Notes: generated by a model not told the origin, from the letters alone. Positions 36,110-49,342 are shown, counted from the stretch's first letter. The stretch: 64,000 nt of DNA from Eledone cirrhosa (GCA_964016885.1 CAXHJY010000644.1:141549-205548), one strand, 5' to 3'. Program-made: numbers and translations.

Positions 36110-36470
36110 CGGTATTTCCCGGGGTCGAAGACACTACTTTTTTTTCCTAAAGTAAGTTTCAAAAATCTACCATGCATCCTGGAGACCGAAGAATGATTAT
36201 TATTTTTTATTTTAATGGTGGATTGGCAGTATTGGTAGAGGGTCGGACGCCATGCTTTGACGTATAGAGTTATGGCCCTTGCCATTCTGAGTTCAAATCC
36301 CGCCACGGTTAACTTTGCCTTTCATCCTTACGGGGTCGATAAAATAAAGTATCAGTAATGCACTGGCCTTGTGCCTAATGTAGAAACAATTATTTTTTTA
36401 TTTTAATTTTTGGTTGTCAAAATTAGGGTGCGTCCTCGAGGACGAAGCGTCTTCGGAGCCAGAAAATACG
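36110..36470. mobile_element. Small Tc1/mariner-type (pogo/Tc2-like) non-autonomous element interrupted by a SINE
   Basis: Imperfect TIRs CGGTATTTCCCGGGGTCGAAGAC and (reverse complement) CCGTATTTTCTGGCTCCGAAGAC. Confidence 0.45.
36217..36390 (+). mobile_element. tRNA-derived SINE
   Basis: A box TGGCAGTATTGG, B box GAGTTCAAATCC, conserved TTTGCCTTTCATCC...GGGGTCGATAAAATAAAGTA. Flanked by a ~16-bp AT-rich direct repeat. Confidence 0.85.
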
Positions 36471-36509
36471 GTATATTAGCAAGAGATTCTTGTAAAGTTG
36501 GAAACAGAA

Positions 36510-36710
36510 CTATTGGATGGTCATTGACTGCTCTCATTTCTTCTGCCCTTTGACAGGTTTGGTTTTTCATCCTGAAGGGTAACAAAAAATCGCTCTCCTC
36601 ACCAAACAAACTTGGTGGGGTTACTGGTTTAGGTGCCAATAACTCAACCATGCCACGGGTTGTACTGTGTCCCATTCTACCAGTAGCGCTCGAGAGCCAC
36701 CTGACGTGGT
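36510..36710 (-). repeat. Diverged copy of the ~200-bp RTE-like 5' head also at 48098-48308 and 48698-48891
   Basis: Shares CCTTTGACAGGTTT, CTCCTCACCAA, GGTTGTACTG, ACCAGTAGC and CACCTGAC. Confidence 0.65.
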
Positions 36711-36754
36711 CTTCAATAAAAGAGAAAGTACCCTCTCACCTAATCACTTTTATC

Positions 36755-37850
36755 TTCTTTCAACACATGACCCAACCATCTCATTCTACTCCCAACATCT
36801 CTCATTGACTCTCTATCTTCTTCAACACATGACCCAGCCATCTCATTCTTCTTCCCAACATCTCTCACTGACTACTTCCTCAACACATGACCGAGTCATC
36901 CCATTCTACGCCCAACATCTCTCACTAACTCTACTTCCTCAACACATGACCAAGCCATCTCATTCTACTCCCAACATCTCTCACTGACTATCTTCCTCAA
37001 CACATGACCTAGCCATCTCATTCTTCTTCCCAACATCTCTCACTGACCTCATTCTTCTTCCCAACATCTCTCACTGACTACTTCCTCAACACATGACCTA
37101 ACCCTCTCATTCTATTCCGAACATCTGTCACTGACACTACTTCCTCAACACATGACCTAACCATCTCATTCTACTCCCAACATCTCTCACTGACACTACT
37201 CCCTCAACACATGACCGAGTCATCCCATTCTACTCCCAACATCTCTCACTGACTCTCTACTCCCTCAACACATGACCGAGTCATCCCATTCTACTCCCAA
37301 CATCTCTCACTGACTCTCTACTCCCTCAACACATGACCGAGCCATCTCATTCTACTCCCAACATCTCTCACTGACTCTCTACACCCTCAACACAGGACCG
37401 AGCCATCTCATTCTACTCCCAACATCTATCAGTAACTCTACTTCCTCAACAGAGGACCGCGCCATCTCATTCTACTCCCAACATCTGTCACTAACTCTAC
37501 TTCCTCAACACATGACCAAGCCATCTCATTCTACTGCCAACATCTCTCACTACTCTACTTCCTCCACACATGACTGAGCCATCTCATTCTACTCCCAAAA
37601 TATGTCACTAACTCTCTACTCCCTCAACACATGACCGAGCTATCTCATTCTACTCCCAACATCTGTCAGTAACTCTACTTCCTCAACACATGACCTAGCC
37701 ATCTCATTCTACTCCCAACATCTTTCACTGACTACTTCCTCAACACATGACCAAGCCATCTCATTCCACTCCCAACATCTCTCACTGACTACTTCCTCAA
37801 CACATGACCAAGCCATCTCATTCTACTCCCAACATCTCTCACTGACTATT
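36755..37850. repeat. Minisatellite, ~57-61 bp unit (CTTCCTCAACACATGACCAAGCCATCTCATTCTACTCCCAACATCTCTCACTGACTA), about 18-19 copies
   Basis: Direct tandem periodicity with no unique spacers. Confidence 0.9.
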
Positions 37851-38354
37851 CTCACCAATCTAAGTAAGAGAGACCTCTACTAAACTTTCTCTACTATACA
37901 ATCTATGACATCCTACATACAACACAGTCAAATATGTTAATAATAATACACCTTCTTCACTCGAAAATCCTAATTATAATCAACATCATACTAACCCACT
38001 GTAATCATATGCAAATGTAGGCAAAAATATTCTGTTATTCTTTTACTAGTTTCACTGTTTGGACTTGAGCCAGTTCTTACTCTGGTCAATGTTTTAATAT
38101 TGATCACTATTGATTGAATAGTTCACTTTGATGATACTCGGTACAGGAACACTGCAATCTGGTTCTCATTTACATTAATGTGTTTGCGTATATACACTTA
38201 TATTTATCTGTTAGAACACGAAAAGTGTGAAACAACAGAATGTTCACTTTTCGTGTTCTAACATATATGCCTAACTTCATAAATTTTCCAGGGATAGCCG
38301 TGGTGGTGGTGATCGTATGTCATTGGCTAATTTTCAACCAATCAGAGTAAGTGT

Positions 38355-38385
<31 letters not shown>

Positions 38386-39710
38386 CTATTCCCCCTCTCT
38401 CTATATATATCTTACGCTTTCGCTTTACACTCCTCCCCTTCAATAACACATTTCCCCCTCTCTATATATCTCTTCCACTGTTACTTACGCCTGTTTCTCT
38501 CTATCTGTTCCGTCTCTATATATATCTCTCTTACTCTTTCGCTTTGCACTCCTCCCCTTCAATACCATCTCTCCCCCTCTCTATATATTTGTTACTCTAT
38601 CGCTGCACGCTCCTCTCCTTCAATATATCAATTACACACGCTTTACACTCCTTTATCCCAGCGCCCCTATATATATACCCCCCCTCCCGCATCTATATTT
38701 TAATGTTCCGTTGCACCGTGAATATATGTGTCTATATATATATACATATATATTGTATATACACATTCATGTATGTGTATACACACTCATGTATGTATAT
38801 ACACTGGTTTTATGTGTGTATTGTAAATTTGTACTGTTAAAACACGAAACTAACATTCGATTGACACTTTGATTACCTGTACAGGCAATAGTTATTAGAA
38901 TGCTGTTGAAGTGTGTATATATTTTTGGGGGACATCCTGTATATACACACATTATATATAATACAATAAACAGATAAATACACACATATATATATGAGCT
39001 TATTTAATTATAAATATTGTGAATTTTTAACTCAGTTCAATTATATATATAAATGGCTTCTACAGGACTAGAACTGTTTCATTCGAAAGAAATCATCATA
39101 ATATTGAGAGGGGGGACTAGATAAAATATTTCAAATCAAATGTGTATAAGTTATAAGTTAAAATGTATAAATAGAGACGATAGTGGAGGTATATCTGTTT
39201 AGTGGAACAGTAGACGATAGAATTAAATACAGACGATAATCTCCCTTTAATGAAACAGCAGACGATAGAATTAAGGCAATTTAAATTTTAAGCATTTGCA
39301 TTTTTGCCTTTCATCGTTACGGGGTCGATAAAATAAAGTACCAGTAATACACTGTCACTAGACGACTTTCAAATTGAATTGTTGGTTCCATTTCTTTAGT
39401 ATTTTCAATTGTAGTTATCTACTTAAAAAGCGTTACACGGTTAGAGACATAATTCGTAAGTTATATCTTCCCTATTAAACCATTGCATTATTTCGCCTAC
39501 AATAGAACAAAAATGAAATGTTCTTTAAAGAAACAGGAATATAACTTTATAAAAAAAAAAGTTGCATCCGCTTCTTTTATCATTGATAATTTTTTCGTTT
39601 TAATATTAATTGTTTTTTGTAGTTGTTTATATTAAAAATCTTACTGTAATATTTACTTAAACGAAGGCAGACATCTAAACTTATAGATTAATCTTGAGCG
39701 AAGGACTAGA

Positions 39711-39787
<77 letters not shown>

Positions 39788-40194
39788 GAAGAATGATAAC
39801 ATTTCAAGCAAAGAGTTTAATTAGGTAATGACTTACACATTTGTTTCAATATATATTTAATATAATATTAATATATTTTGTAATATTATTAACTAATTAT
39901 TATAATTAGCGCTTCAGGCTTTGTCTATATACTGAAACAAATTTGTAAGTCATTACCTAATTAAACTCTTTGCTTGAAATTTTATCACTCTTCGTTTTGA
40001 ATTTCTCCTAAGTATTCAATACTCTGTTGAGAAATACATTTTACATAAACAGTCTTTGTACCATTTATACGGTATTAATTACTTATATTTATATATATAT
40101 ATATATATATATAGCGTATGATTAGAACTGTGTTTATTATTAATATTTTAATGAATTTAATGAAAAATTTTAGGTGTTCATATATATATTCTAA

Positions 40195-40252
40195 AAATGC
40201 GCGAAATCGTGAATCCGCGATAGTTGAACCGCCAAGTAGCGAGGTATCACTG
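40195..40252 (-). mobile_element. Tigger/pogo-like terminal inverted repeat fragment
   Basis: The reverse complement reads TA|CAGTGATACCTCGCTAC...TATCGCGGATTCACGATTTCGCG. Confidence 0.45.
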
Positions 40253-40280
40253 TATATATGTTTAAATATATAGTGTAGCT

Positions 40281-40745
40281 GTGATGTATCTCGCGAGTGT
40301 ATCGAGACCTGTCACTGATTTTAGTGTCCCCACTGCCGATGTGAATGAGCAACGCTGCACTTGTGAATTGGGTCTTGATGTTGCAGGCAGTTCATATACT
40401 TACAATGATGCGGTCCCACAAGCTTGTTCACATTCCTGTGCTAATAATCTAGATGGGCGTATTAAATTGGATGTGAAAGCAGCTTACCGGATGCGGAATC
40501 GGGAGAAGTTGAGACAAAAACAGGCCGATTATAGAGCTGTGAATTTTGCTAAATTAACACAAAAACAGGCCAAGTATAGATGTTCAAAACGGTATGAGTT
40601 GGCAAACAAGCAGGCCAAGTATAGATCTGCAAATTCAGCTATTATATCTCAAAAGCAAGCCGAGCGTAGAGCTTCTAAACGTACCGAGTTGGCTAAAGAG
40701 CAGACCGAGTACAGATCTGCAAATATCTTATTGCACAAACAATAA
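40281..40745 (+). pseudogene. ORF with 15-aa basic repeats (KQAxYRxxNxxxLxx), candidate N-terminal segment of the Helentron transposase
   Basis: Five to six 45-bp repeats. It lies inside and co-oriented with the plus copy and ends just before a SINE insertion. Confidence 0.45.
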
Positions 40746-40759
40746 TTCTGCACCATTAT

Positions 40760-40940
40760 TTTGGCAGTATTGGTAGAGGGTCGGATGCCATGCTTTCCAG
40801 CATAGTTACGTCCCTTTACGATCTGAGTTCAAATCCTGCCGAGGTTGACTTTGCCTTTCATCCTTACGGGGTAGATAAAATAAAGTACCAGTAATGCACT
40901 GGGTAATTGTTGGCCTTGTGCCTAAAGTAGAAACAATTAT
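40760..40940 (+). mobile_element. tRNA-derived SINE
   Basis: Same A box, B box and body as 36217. Confidence 0.85.
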
Positions 40941-41126
40941 TAGATCTAATGTTGCAACGATACAGTTAAATGTTGTCTGTGTATTTTAAAAAAGATTTGC
41001 TTATAATCTTTTCAAATTTCATTACGCCAATGATTCAAGCTCAAATTGATATTATCTAAAAAATTGTACAAACAGCGGTGGATTAGCAGTAGTGAACAGA
41101 TAAATCAGTCAATTTATTAAGATTGA

Positions 41127-41780
41127 CTTGGCATCAATCAGCAAGACCTTCATTAGCTGCTCTCCAGCCATCTATTTAAAGCTGTATACATCTATGGTAC
41201 GAATACACTTGGAGTTCGCGTCATCAGTCTGGAACCCCTATCTTGCTCAGAACATTGACCTCCTGGAAACTGTTCAGAGACATGCAACCAAGCGCATACC
41301 CTCCATCAGACACCTACCATACCCTGAATATTTTGCTTCCCTCTGGCAATGGACTTGGTAAACACCCACAAAGTTATTAACCATCCGACCAACAACAACC
41401 CCGAACACCTTTTTGATCTCCATGTGTCTAACACGTGGACATGCCTACAAAGTCAGAAAACAACACAGCTCCCATGACTTTAGGAAATATTTCTTCATGC
41501 TCAGAGTTGCTGAAGGATGGAACAAACTTCCTGCATCAGTTGTTAGCTGATGACACACTGCATCCTTTAAAACCATCATACATTCCGAAATACACCAAAA
41601 CTACACCTGATGTCCCCCTTCCATACACATGCACATATGTGTATATCATGACTCATGCACTGTTCTTTTTTCCTGACGTTTTTATATTACCCTATGTATT
41701 ATATATGCACTTTTGATGAGTTGTAGTGCACCTCAGCATTGTACACAATATTTTCATTATTATTATCATTATTATTATTA
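41127..41780 (+). mobile_element. CR1/L2-group LINE 3' fragment
   Basis: LYTSMVRIHLEFASSVWNPY...LLETVQRHATK, ending in an (ATT)n tail. Confidence 0.8.
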
Positions 41781-42244
41781 CACTCATTGATCCATTTTGC
41801 ACTAACTCTGCATCAAGCACCCTCACCTAAATATTTACCAATCAAGGATCCAATACAGCTATCTGTTGGATGAGTATTGTATAGTGCCAAAAACGAAACC
41901 AATCAGTTTAGCAGAAAGTTTCCAGACAAGAAACACGCATATTTTGCTATCCTCAAACACGTTTACACATGGCATGAAATATAACTAATCCGAGATGGCT
42001 AGGTTTCATCTTCTAACGGATATACGAAATCCATTATGTCTTGACAACAACATGAGGTAACATTATGTTATTCACAGACACACTTTGTACACTGTTCCAT
42101 ATCAGAATGTATTTCCTTCGTCACATTCACAAACAGTATTGAAAATATGTTCTTCAGCAAATAAAAATGTTTTGTTCATAATATTTCAACTAGCGATTGC
42201 TCTACTCCACGCACGACCACCATAAATTAATGACCAGCTCAACA

Positions 42245-42420
42245 CAAGTATTGGTAGAGCGTCAGACACCATGCTTTGCAGTATTGTTATGGTCCTTTGC
42301 ATTCTAAGTTCAAATCCTGCCGAGGTTAACTTCGACTTTCATACTTACTAATTCGATAAAATAAAGTACCAGTAATGGACTGCCGTAATGGATTTGTGCC
42401 GAAAAATAGAAACACTATTA
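42245..42420 (+). mobile_element. tRNA-derived SINE, diverged
   Basis: GTATTGGTAGAG...AAGTTCAAATCCTGCCGAGG...GATAAAATAAAGTACCAG. Confidence 0.75.
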
Positions 42421-42971
42421 ATGTGCAATAAGAGCAAAATATAACGACATTGCTCAATTATTTTATCTAATGTTGTAATAACACAAGGAAATGTTGTTTG
42501 TGTATTTTTTTTTATATTTGCTCATAGGCTTTTACAATTTCGCTCAGCCAACAACTATTAAAAAGTGAGTTGCTTAAGATAACAATTTAATCACAAATTG
42601 TTGCTATCTTTTAATACACTCCAACAAGTCATCAAATTATGTACAATAAAAACAAATCTTATTAATTTGCTCAGGGAATATAAAGAAAATGTATATACAC
42701 TGATAATTGCAATTGTATGTAAATATTTTGTTTTTGTATTGTTTATTTTATGTTTTCTATTATGTATAATATATTGATTTAATATTGATTGTTTTTTGTA
42801 GTTGTTTATATTAAAAGTCTGAAAATATTTTTATACATCTTACACTAATATTTATAAGATAATTTATAATAACAATTACATAATCTAATTACATTACAAT
42901 GATAATTTATTATTAATATATATCCTGTTTAACTAGAGTTATTACAAGCGTTGCCTTAAAAAAATATTAAA

Positions 42972-43926
42972 CTAGACATGAAAAATGCGCAAGCTCAAAA
43001 GTGCCACAGAATGTTATAATAAACCTTCAAAAGTGTGGGACTAGAGTTGTTGCTAAAAAATATTGTAATCATTATATATCGTACATTCTGTGGCATCCTT
43101 TATAAAAATAGCTTAAACCAACGAAGCCTTTATTTTTACGCTATTTCACTTAGTTAATTCTTAGAGTGTAACATATAAAAATAAATACATCTATGTTTAA
43201 TGTAATAACAGCTATAAATAATTACGTAATATTATTATCATATACTCATAGTAACAAAATAATTGTGTTGAAAATTAATATGATGCTTATATGAACGATC
43301 AAATCTATAATGATAATTTCTTAAATATACTAATAGTAAAATAATTTAGTTATCTATTGTTACATTTTCATAGAACTATAATATTAACAATCGTATTGCA
43401 TTATCAAATTTTTATCACTACAAACTTTCATATTGGAATTACCTTAAGCCACTTATTATTACTTCGCTTTCGTACTTTTACAGCTGTAGATATTGCGCTG
43501 TATCTTATATCTAATATCAATATCTCATGGTAATTTGCATGCAGTGTAAAATAGGTTTATTAATAACTTTAATATGAAATGTATTATACAGGGCTGCGGA
43601 GTCGGCCAAAAATTGACTGGCTCCAACTCAGGATCCGATATTCCATTATTTCCTAAATTTCAGCTCCGCAGCTCTGTTATTATATTAATTAATTTATTTT
43701 ATAGTTGTAAATCATATTTTTATATGTTACACTCTAAGAATTAACTAAGTGAAATAGCGTAAAAATAAAGGCTTCGTTGGTTTAAGCTATTTTTATAAAG
43801 GATGCCACAGAATGTACGATATATAATGATTACAATATTTTTTAGCAACAACTCTAGTCCCACACTTTTGAAGGTTTATTATAACATTCTGTGGCACTTT
43901 TAAACTTGCGCATTTTTCATGTCTAG
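42972..43926. repeat. Inverted duplication of the Helentron 3' terminus (arms 42972-43183 and 43715-43926)
   Basis: ~212-bp near-perfect inverted arms, each ending outward in CTAG. Confidence 0.9.
43589..43676. mobile_element. Tiny hAT-like MITE (88 bp)
   Basis: TIRs CAGGGCTGCGGAG / CTCCGCAGCTCTG. The flanks GTATTATA and TTATTATA match at 7/8, consistent with an 8-bp TSD. Confidence 0.55.
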
Positions 43927-43974
43927 TATATTTATGTGTGTATATATATATATATATGTGTGTATATATACACA

Positions 43975-44022
<48 letters not shown>

Positions 44023-44219
44023 GGTTTGTAAGTGGTGTGTGTGTTTGTATGCATGAATGAGTGTTGGTATGTGAGTGGCGTGTGTGTTATTGTGGTTTGT
44101 ATGCATGAGTATTGGTGTGTGCGTCGTGTCAATAACTTTGTTTTTTTTTGTTTTTTTTATGACCATGCTGTAAAATGGAGGGGTAGAGAGGGCCCTTGAG
44201 TCTAGTAAGACATCCTCTC

Positions 44220-47200
44220 TAGTGCTGGTGGCACAAATAAAAGCACCCAGTCCATGCTGTAAAGTGGCGCTGGTGTTAGGAAGGGCATCCAACCAGTGTA
44301 TCAATACCAAAACGCTTATCAGCACACCAACAAATAGGAACAACAACAAAATATGAAGACGTCGCATCTCAGAGTTGCAACACTTAATGTTGGCACTCTC
44401 AGAGGTAGATCTGCTGAAATAGCGGAGATGCTGGAGAGAAGGCAGGTGGATGTGCGCTGCGTGCAAGAGGTGAGATGGAGAGGTGCCTCTGCGAGACTAG
44501 TCGTAGGCAAACGTCTTAGCTATAAGCTATTCTGGCTAGGTAAGGATGATGGGTTAGGGGGAGTAGGCATTTTCCTGGCTGAGAAATGGATCAATAAGAC
44601 AATAGAGGTAGTTTGAGTTAGTAATCGAATAATTAAGCTTAGATTAGTTGTAGGTAGGAGACTACTGACAATCATCTCGGCCTATGCTCCCCAAGCAGGC
44701 CTAGGCATAGATGAGAAAGACTGCTTTTGTGAGCAACTTTTGCAAACAACCACAATGACAGAGGACGGAGACATCGTTATGCTAGCAGGAGACTTCAATG
44801 GTCATGTTGGACAGCTCCAGGATGGTTACACTGGGGTACATGGTGGGCACGGTTACGGTTCAAGAAATGAAGAAGGAGTGAGACTTCTTGAATTTTGTGA
44901 TGCAGGTACATTGACTATTTGCAACACAAACTTCCAGAAACCTGCCAATCACCTAATAACCTACAAATCTGGTGAGCACATAAGCCAGATTGACTTCTTA
45001 CTAGTTAGGCAGCGGGACAGGCAGATAGTGTCTAATACCAAGGCATACCCTGGGGAAGAATGTACCCCACAGCATAGGTTAGTTGTTAGGGATATCTCAG
45101 TAAGCAAGAGATGGAATGAGACATATAGGAAGGTGTGGAGAAGAAAGGTCTGGAAGCTAAAAGACCTTTCACTAAAATACAAATTTAGGAAAGCCCTTCA
45201 AGATGTATATGATGAAAAAGAAGACGATTTAGAGACGTATGACATAGATAATAACTAGAATTTCTTACGTGACAACTTGCTGCAGGCTACTGATGAAACT
45301 TGTGGCTGGAGCAGAGCTCCAACCAGACAGAGAGTGACCTGGTGGTGGAACAGCACAGTAGATAAGGCTATTAGAGACAAAAGACTAGCATGGAAGGCTT
45401 GGAAAAAGGGTGGGAGTAGGGAAGAATATACAGCCACTAAGAGAGAAGCTAGACGTCAGGTGTACTTAGCACGCAGGGAGGCAGAGAGTAGGAGGTTTGC
45501 CAATGTTCTGCGACGGGAAGATCAGAGGCGTGCGGTGTTCCACATTGCAAGGCAGTGTGTCAATGCAAATCAGGATGTTGTTGGAAATAAATGTGTCCGG
45601 GATGATGCCGGTGTACTTAGTGTCACGAATGATCAGAAAAAGGAGGCCTGGAATTGTCATTATGAGAGACTGATGAATGTGGAGAACAAATGGGAGAGAG
45701 AGAAATTACCCTTGGTAGATCCGACAGAGGGACCAGTTATTGAGATTGACGAATATAGGGTCCAAGAGGCGATTAGGGAAATGAAAAATGGTAAGGCTGC
45801 CGGATCATCGGGAATAGTTGCTGAGATGCTGAAGGCATCAGGGGACGAAGGCACTAAACTGGTTGCACGCATCATCAATCAGGCTATATATGGTGGTGTC
45901 ATACCCAAAGACTGGTGCAGCAGTATTCTCATAAATTGCTACAAAGGTAAAGGGGATGCTCTGGAGAGGAGCAATTATAGGGGTATAAAACTGATAGATC
46001 AGGTTATGAAAGTGGCAGAAAGGATTTTAGCACTAATTAGAGAAAGGGTCAAACTAGATGAGATGCAGTTTGGTTTTGTGCCTGGGAAGAGTACAACAGA
46101 TGCCCTCTTCTTGGTGAGACAATTGCAAGAGTGGTTCTTAGAGAAGAATAAGCCACTATACTTAGCCTTTGTTGACCTAGAGAAGGCCTTTGATAGGGTA
46201 CACCGATCTGTCATCTGGTAGTCCCTAAGGAAGATAGGTATTGAGGAATGGCTTGTGAGGACAGTGCAAACTTTATACAGAGGTACTCTCAGTAAAGTCA
46301 GGGTAGGAATGGAGTTTAGTGAGGAATTCCAGATACAAGTAGGAGTACATCAGGGTTCGGTCCTCAGCCCGATCTTGTTCATTATAGTCTTCCAAGCCAT
46401 AACAGAGGAGTTTAAGACTGGCTATCCATGGGAACTTCTCTATGCTGACGATCTGGTTCTTATAGCAGAATCAGTAGAGGAGCTAGAGAATAAATTCTGG
46501 CTATGGAAACAGCAGTTGGAAGCAAGAGGACTGAGAGTGAATCTAGCTAAGACAAAAGTGTTGATGAGTAGAAAAGAGGACAAAACCCTGATTCCGTCAG
46601 GGAAATGGCCATGTTCGATATGCAGAAAAGGAACTGGCATAAATTCTATAAAATGTTCACAATGCAGATCCTGGGTACACAAGAGATGTAGCGGGATAGC
46701 AGGAAAACTAACAGGTAGGGAGAAATATGTATGCAGTAGATGTACAGGGAAATTAGACAGTAGAAGTCGCATTGATAGACACATTTTTCAGATGCAGGAG
46801 GGCGCTATAGAAGTGGTGGATAGCTTCCGGTACCTAGGAGATCAGATTAGCATGGGAGGAGGGTGTTCCGAGGCCATAGTATCTAGAATAAGGACGGGTT
46901 GGAAGAAGTTTAGGGAGCTGCTTCCTCTGTTGACGAAGAAGGGTTTCTCCCTGCGTACGAAAGGCCGGTTGTATGATGCATGTGTGAGGAGCGCGATGCT
47001 GCATGGTAGTGAGACATGGGCAGCAACTGCAGAGGATATGCGACGGCTGGAGAGAAATAAGGCAAGCATTCTCCGTTGGATGTGCAGTGTAAATGTGCGT
47101 GAACGACCCAGCATAAATGTGTTGAGAGAAACTGTGTCTGAGAGAGATAGAATGTAGTGTGCGGGAGAGGAGACTGAGGTGGTATGGACATGTGATGCGC

Positions 47201-47468
47201 ATGGAGGATGACCGATGGGTGAAGAAGTGCCAGAAAATGCAAGGTGAAGGAAGACGTGGTAGAGGTAGACCACGAAACACATGGGTGGAGGTGGTGAGAA
47301 CAGACCTCAGATCATTGAAGCTCACGGTGGAGATGACGAAGGACCGTGACGAGTGGAGATGACGAAGGACCGTGACGAGTGGAGAGATGCTGTGCTGAAT
47401 AAGACCCGTCCCACCCTTGCAAGCAGGGAAAAGCGGACGTAAACTTATGATGATGATGATGATGATGA
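44220..47468 (+). mobile_element. Near full-length RTE-clade LINE with in-frame stops (APE endonuclease, RT, PHD-like finger)
   Basis: [77 protein letters not shown], (TGA)n tail. Confidence 0.92.
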
Positions 47469-47534
47469 TATATATATATACATACATATATATATATACA
47501 CATATATATACACACACATATATACACATATATA

Positions 47535-48308
47535 TATCATCATCATCATCATTCTTCGACTACTGTCGAGATGATGGATCTCACTCTCATGCCCCAGAAT
47601 TCCCTGTCCCCCATCGCTGCCCCCAGGTCCTGTCTACTGATTACCGTATCCCTAGAGATCATAATGATCAGAAAGAGGACCCGGGAAAGCAGGGGCTGGA
47701 CCTATATCAACAGGTATACCATATAGCGTGGTTCCCTGAGGAACAGGAACCCTGGTGCGGTTAGTTGCGAAATCCATCATCTTTTCAAATAGCTAATAAT
47801 GTGTGTGGGCGCCACTACTACACACATGTGAAAGAATTTGACAGCCAAGTCTTGAAGAAGGTGCTTTCTCCTCCGTGTGGTGGGTTACCCGGCGCCAGAT
47901 ACCAACCTGGCATTTATACCCTCGCCCTAATTGTTCGTGTTGCAAGCACTAGAGTAGTTGCTAACCAAAGCTACGGACCCACTCTATCCGTCTGGAGATA
48001 CATTGTACTAGCTTACCAGCATACTAGTAGCAGGAAGTAACGTCAGGGAATGTGACTTTTCCGGCACTGCAGCGCCTTTCGGCGGGCCGTGCTGGTTTTG
48101 GATGGCCATTGACTCCAAGAGTTCTAAGAGCTCCCAGGAGTTCCTTTGCCCTTTGACAGGTTTTGTTTTTAGTCCTGCAGGATGTCCAAAGTCACCCTCC
48201 TCACCAAGAAATCTTGGTGGGGTTGCCAGTTTAGTCGCCAACGACCAGACCATGAGACAGGTTGTACTGGGATACATGTTACCAGTAGCACCAACTGGTG
48301 ACCTGACA
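47535..48308 (-). mobile_element. Non-autonomous RTE derivative (5' head + LINE 3' end + (TGA)n tail)
   Basis: The minus strand ends DREFWGMRVRSIISTVVEE* then TGATGATGA. The head is shared with 48698-48891. Confidence 0.65.
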
Positions 48309-48371
48309 TATATATATACACACATATATATACACACATATATACGCATATATATATATACATACATATAT

Positions 48372-48891
48372 ATGGTGGTTGCCAACTCGTTTTCGAGTAT
48401 GGCCACTACTTTATATCCATGTAGGAGAACTCCTACCGATGCGCTGAACGAATGTGACTTTAGTCCAGCCAGCGACTTGAAAACTCTGGTACAAACACTA
48501 CACTTGTGACAATTATTGACACATAGTGCTAGGCCCATGGTACCATGTGACAACAAGTGCAGAGAGATCTCCAGATATAAAGCATTGGATACCATACATC
48601 ATTGGATACCATCAGAGTTGCAGGTGTTATATCAGAGTTTTCCTTCTCCTAGAATTCTGCCTTGACAAAGGCTAAGGGGTCATCTCTCCCGGTGATTTTG
48701 GATGGCCATTGACTCTTAAGAGCTCCTTTGCCCTTTGACAGGTTTTGTTTTTAGTCCTGCAGGATGTCCAAAGTCACTCTCCTCACCAAGAAACCTTAGT
48801 GGGGTTGCCAGTTTAGTCGCCAACGACCCGACCATGGGACAGGTTGTACTGGAATACATGTTACCAGTAGCACCAAGTGGTGACCTGACAT
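48372..48891 (-). mobile_element. Non-autonomous RTE derivative with the same head and a different tail encoding a C2H2-like finger remnant
   Basis: CSVCTRVFKSLAGLKSH in the tail. The head matches 48098-48308. Confidence 0.6.
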
Positions 48892-49116
48892 AAAATATAT
48901 ATATATATACATATATATATACATATATATATATACATACATATATACATATATACATATATACATATATATATACATATATACATATATATATACATAT
49001 ATACATATATACATATATATATATACATATACATATATATACACACATATATACACATACATATATATATACACATATATATATATATATACACACACAC
49101 ATATATATATATATAT

Positions 49117-49187
<71 letters not shown>

Positions 49188-49260
49188 TATATATATATAT
49201 AGACACACACATATATACACACACACACACACATATATATATATAGACACACACATATAT

Positions 49261-49299
<39 letters not shown>

Positions 49300-49342
49300 C
49301 ACACACATATATATATACACACACACACATATATATATATAT

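Larger units (their letters stand above)
38207..43926 (+). mobile_element. Second, non-autonomous copy of the Helentron-type element (~5.7 kb)
   Basis: A|TCTGTTAGAACACG...CATGTCTAG|T. 38207-39817 mirrors 27110-28722, and the last ~187 bp mirror 20718-20904. There is no RepHel core; it contains SINEs and LINE and DNA-transposon fragments. Confidence 0.8.

Noticed and set aside
36217-36305. tRNA gene
   Set aside because: A and B boxes are present but there is no cloverleaf, and it is part of a dispersed SINE with at least four copies here.
36755-37850. Regular ~59-bp repeat as a CRISPR array
   Set aside because: Units are contiguous with no unique spacers, there are no cas genes and the context is eukaryotic; it is a minisatellite.
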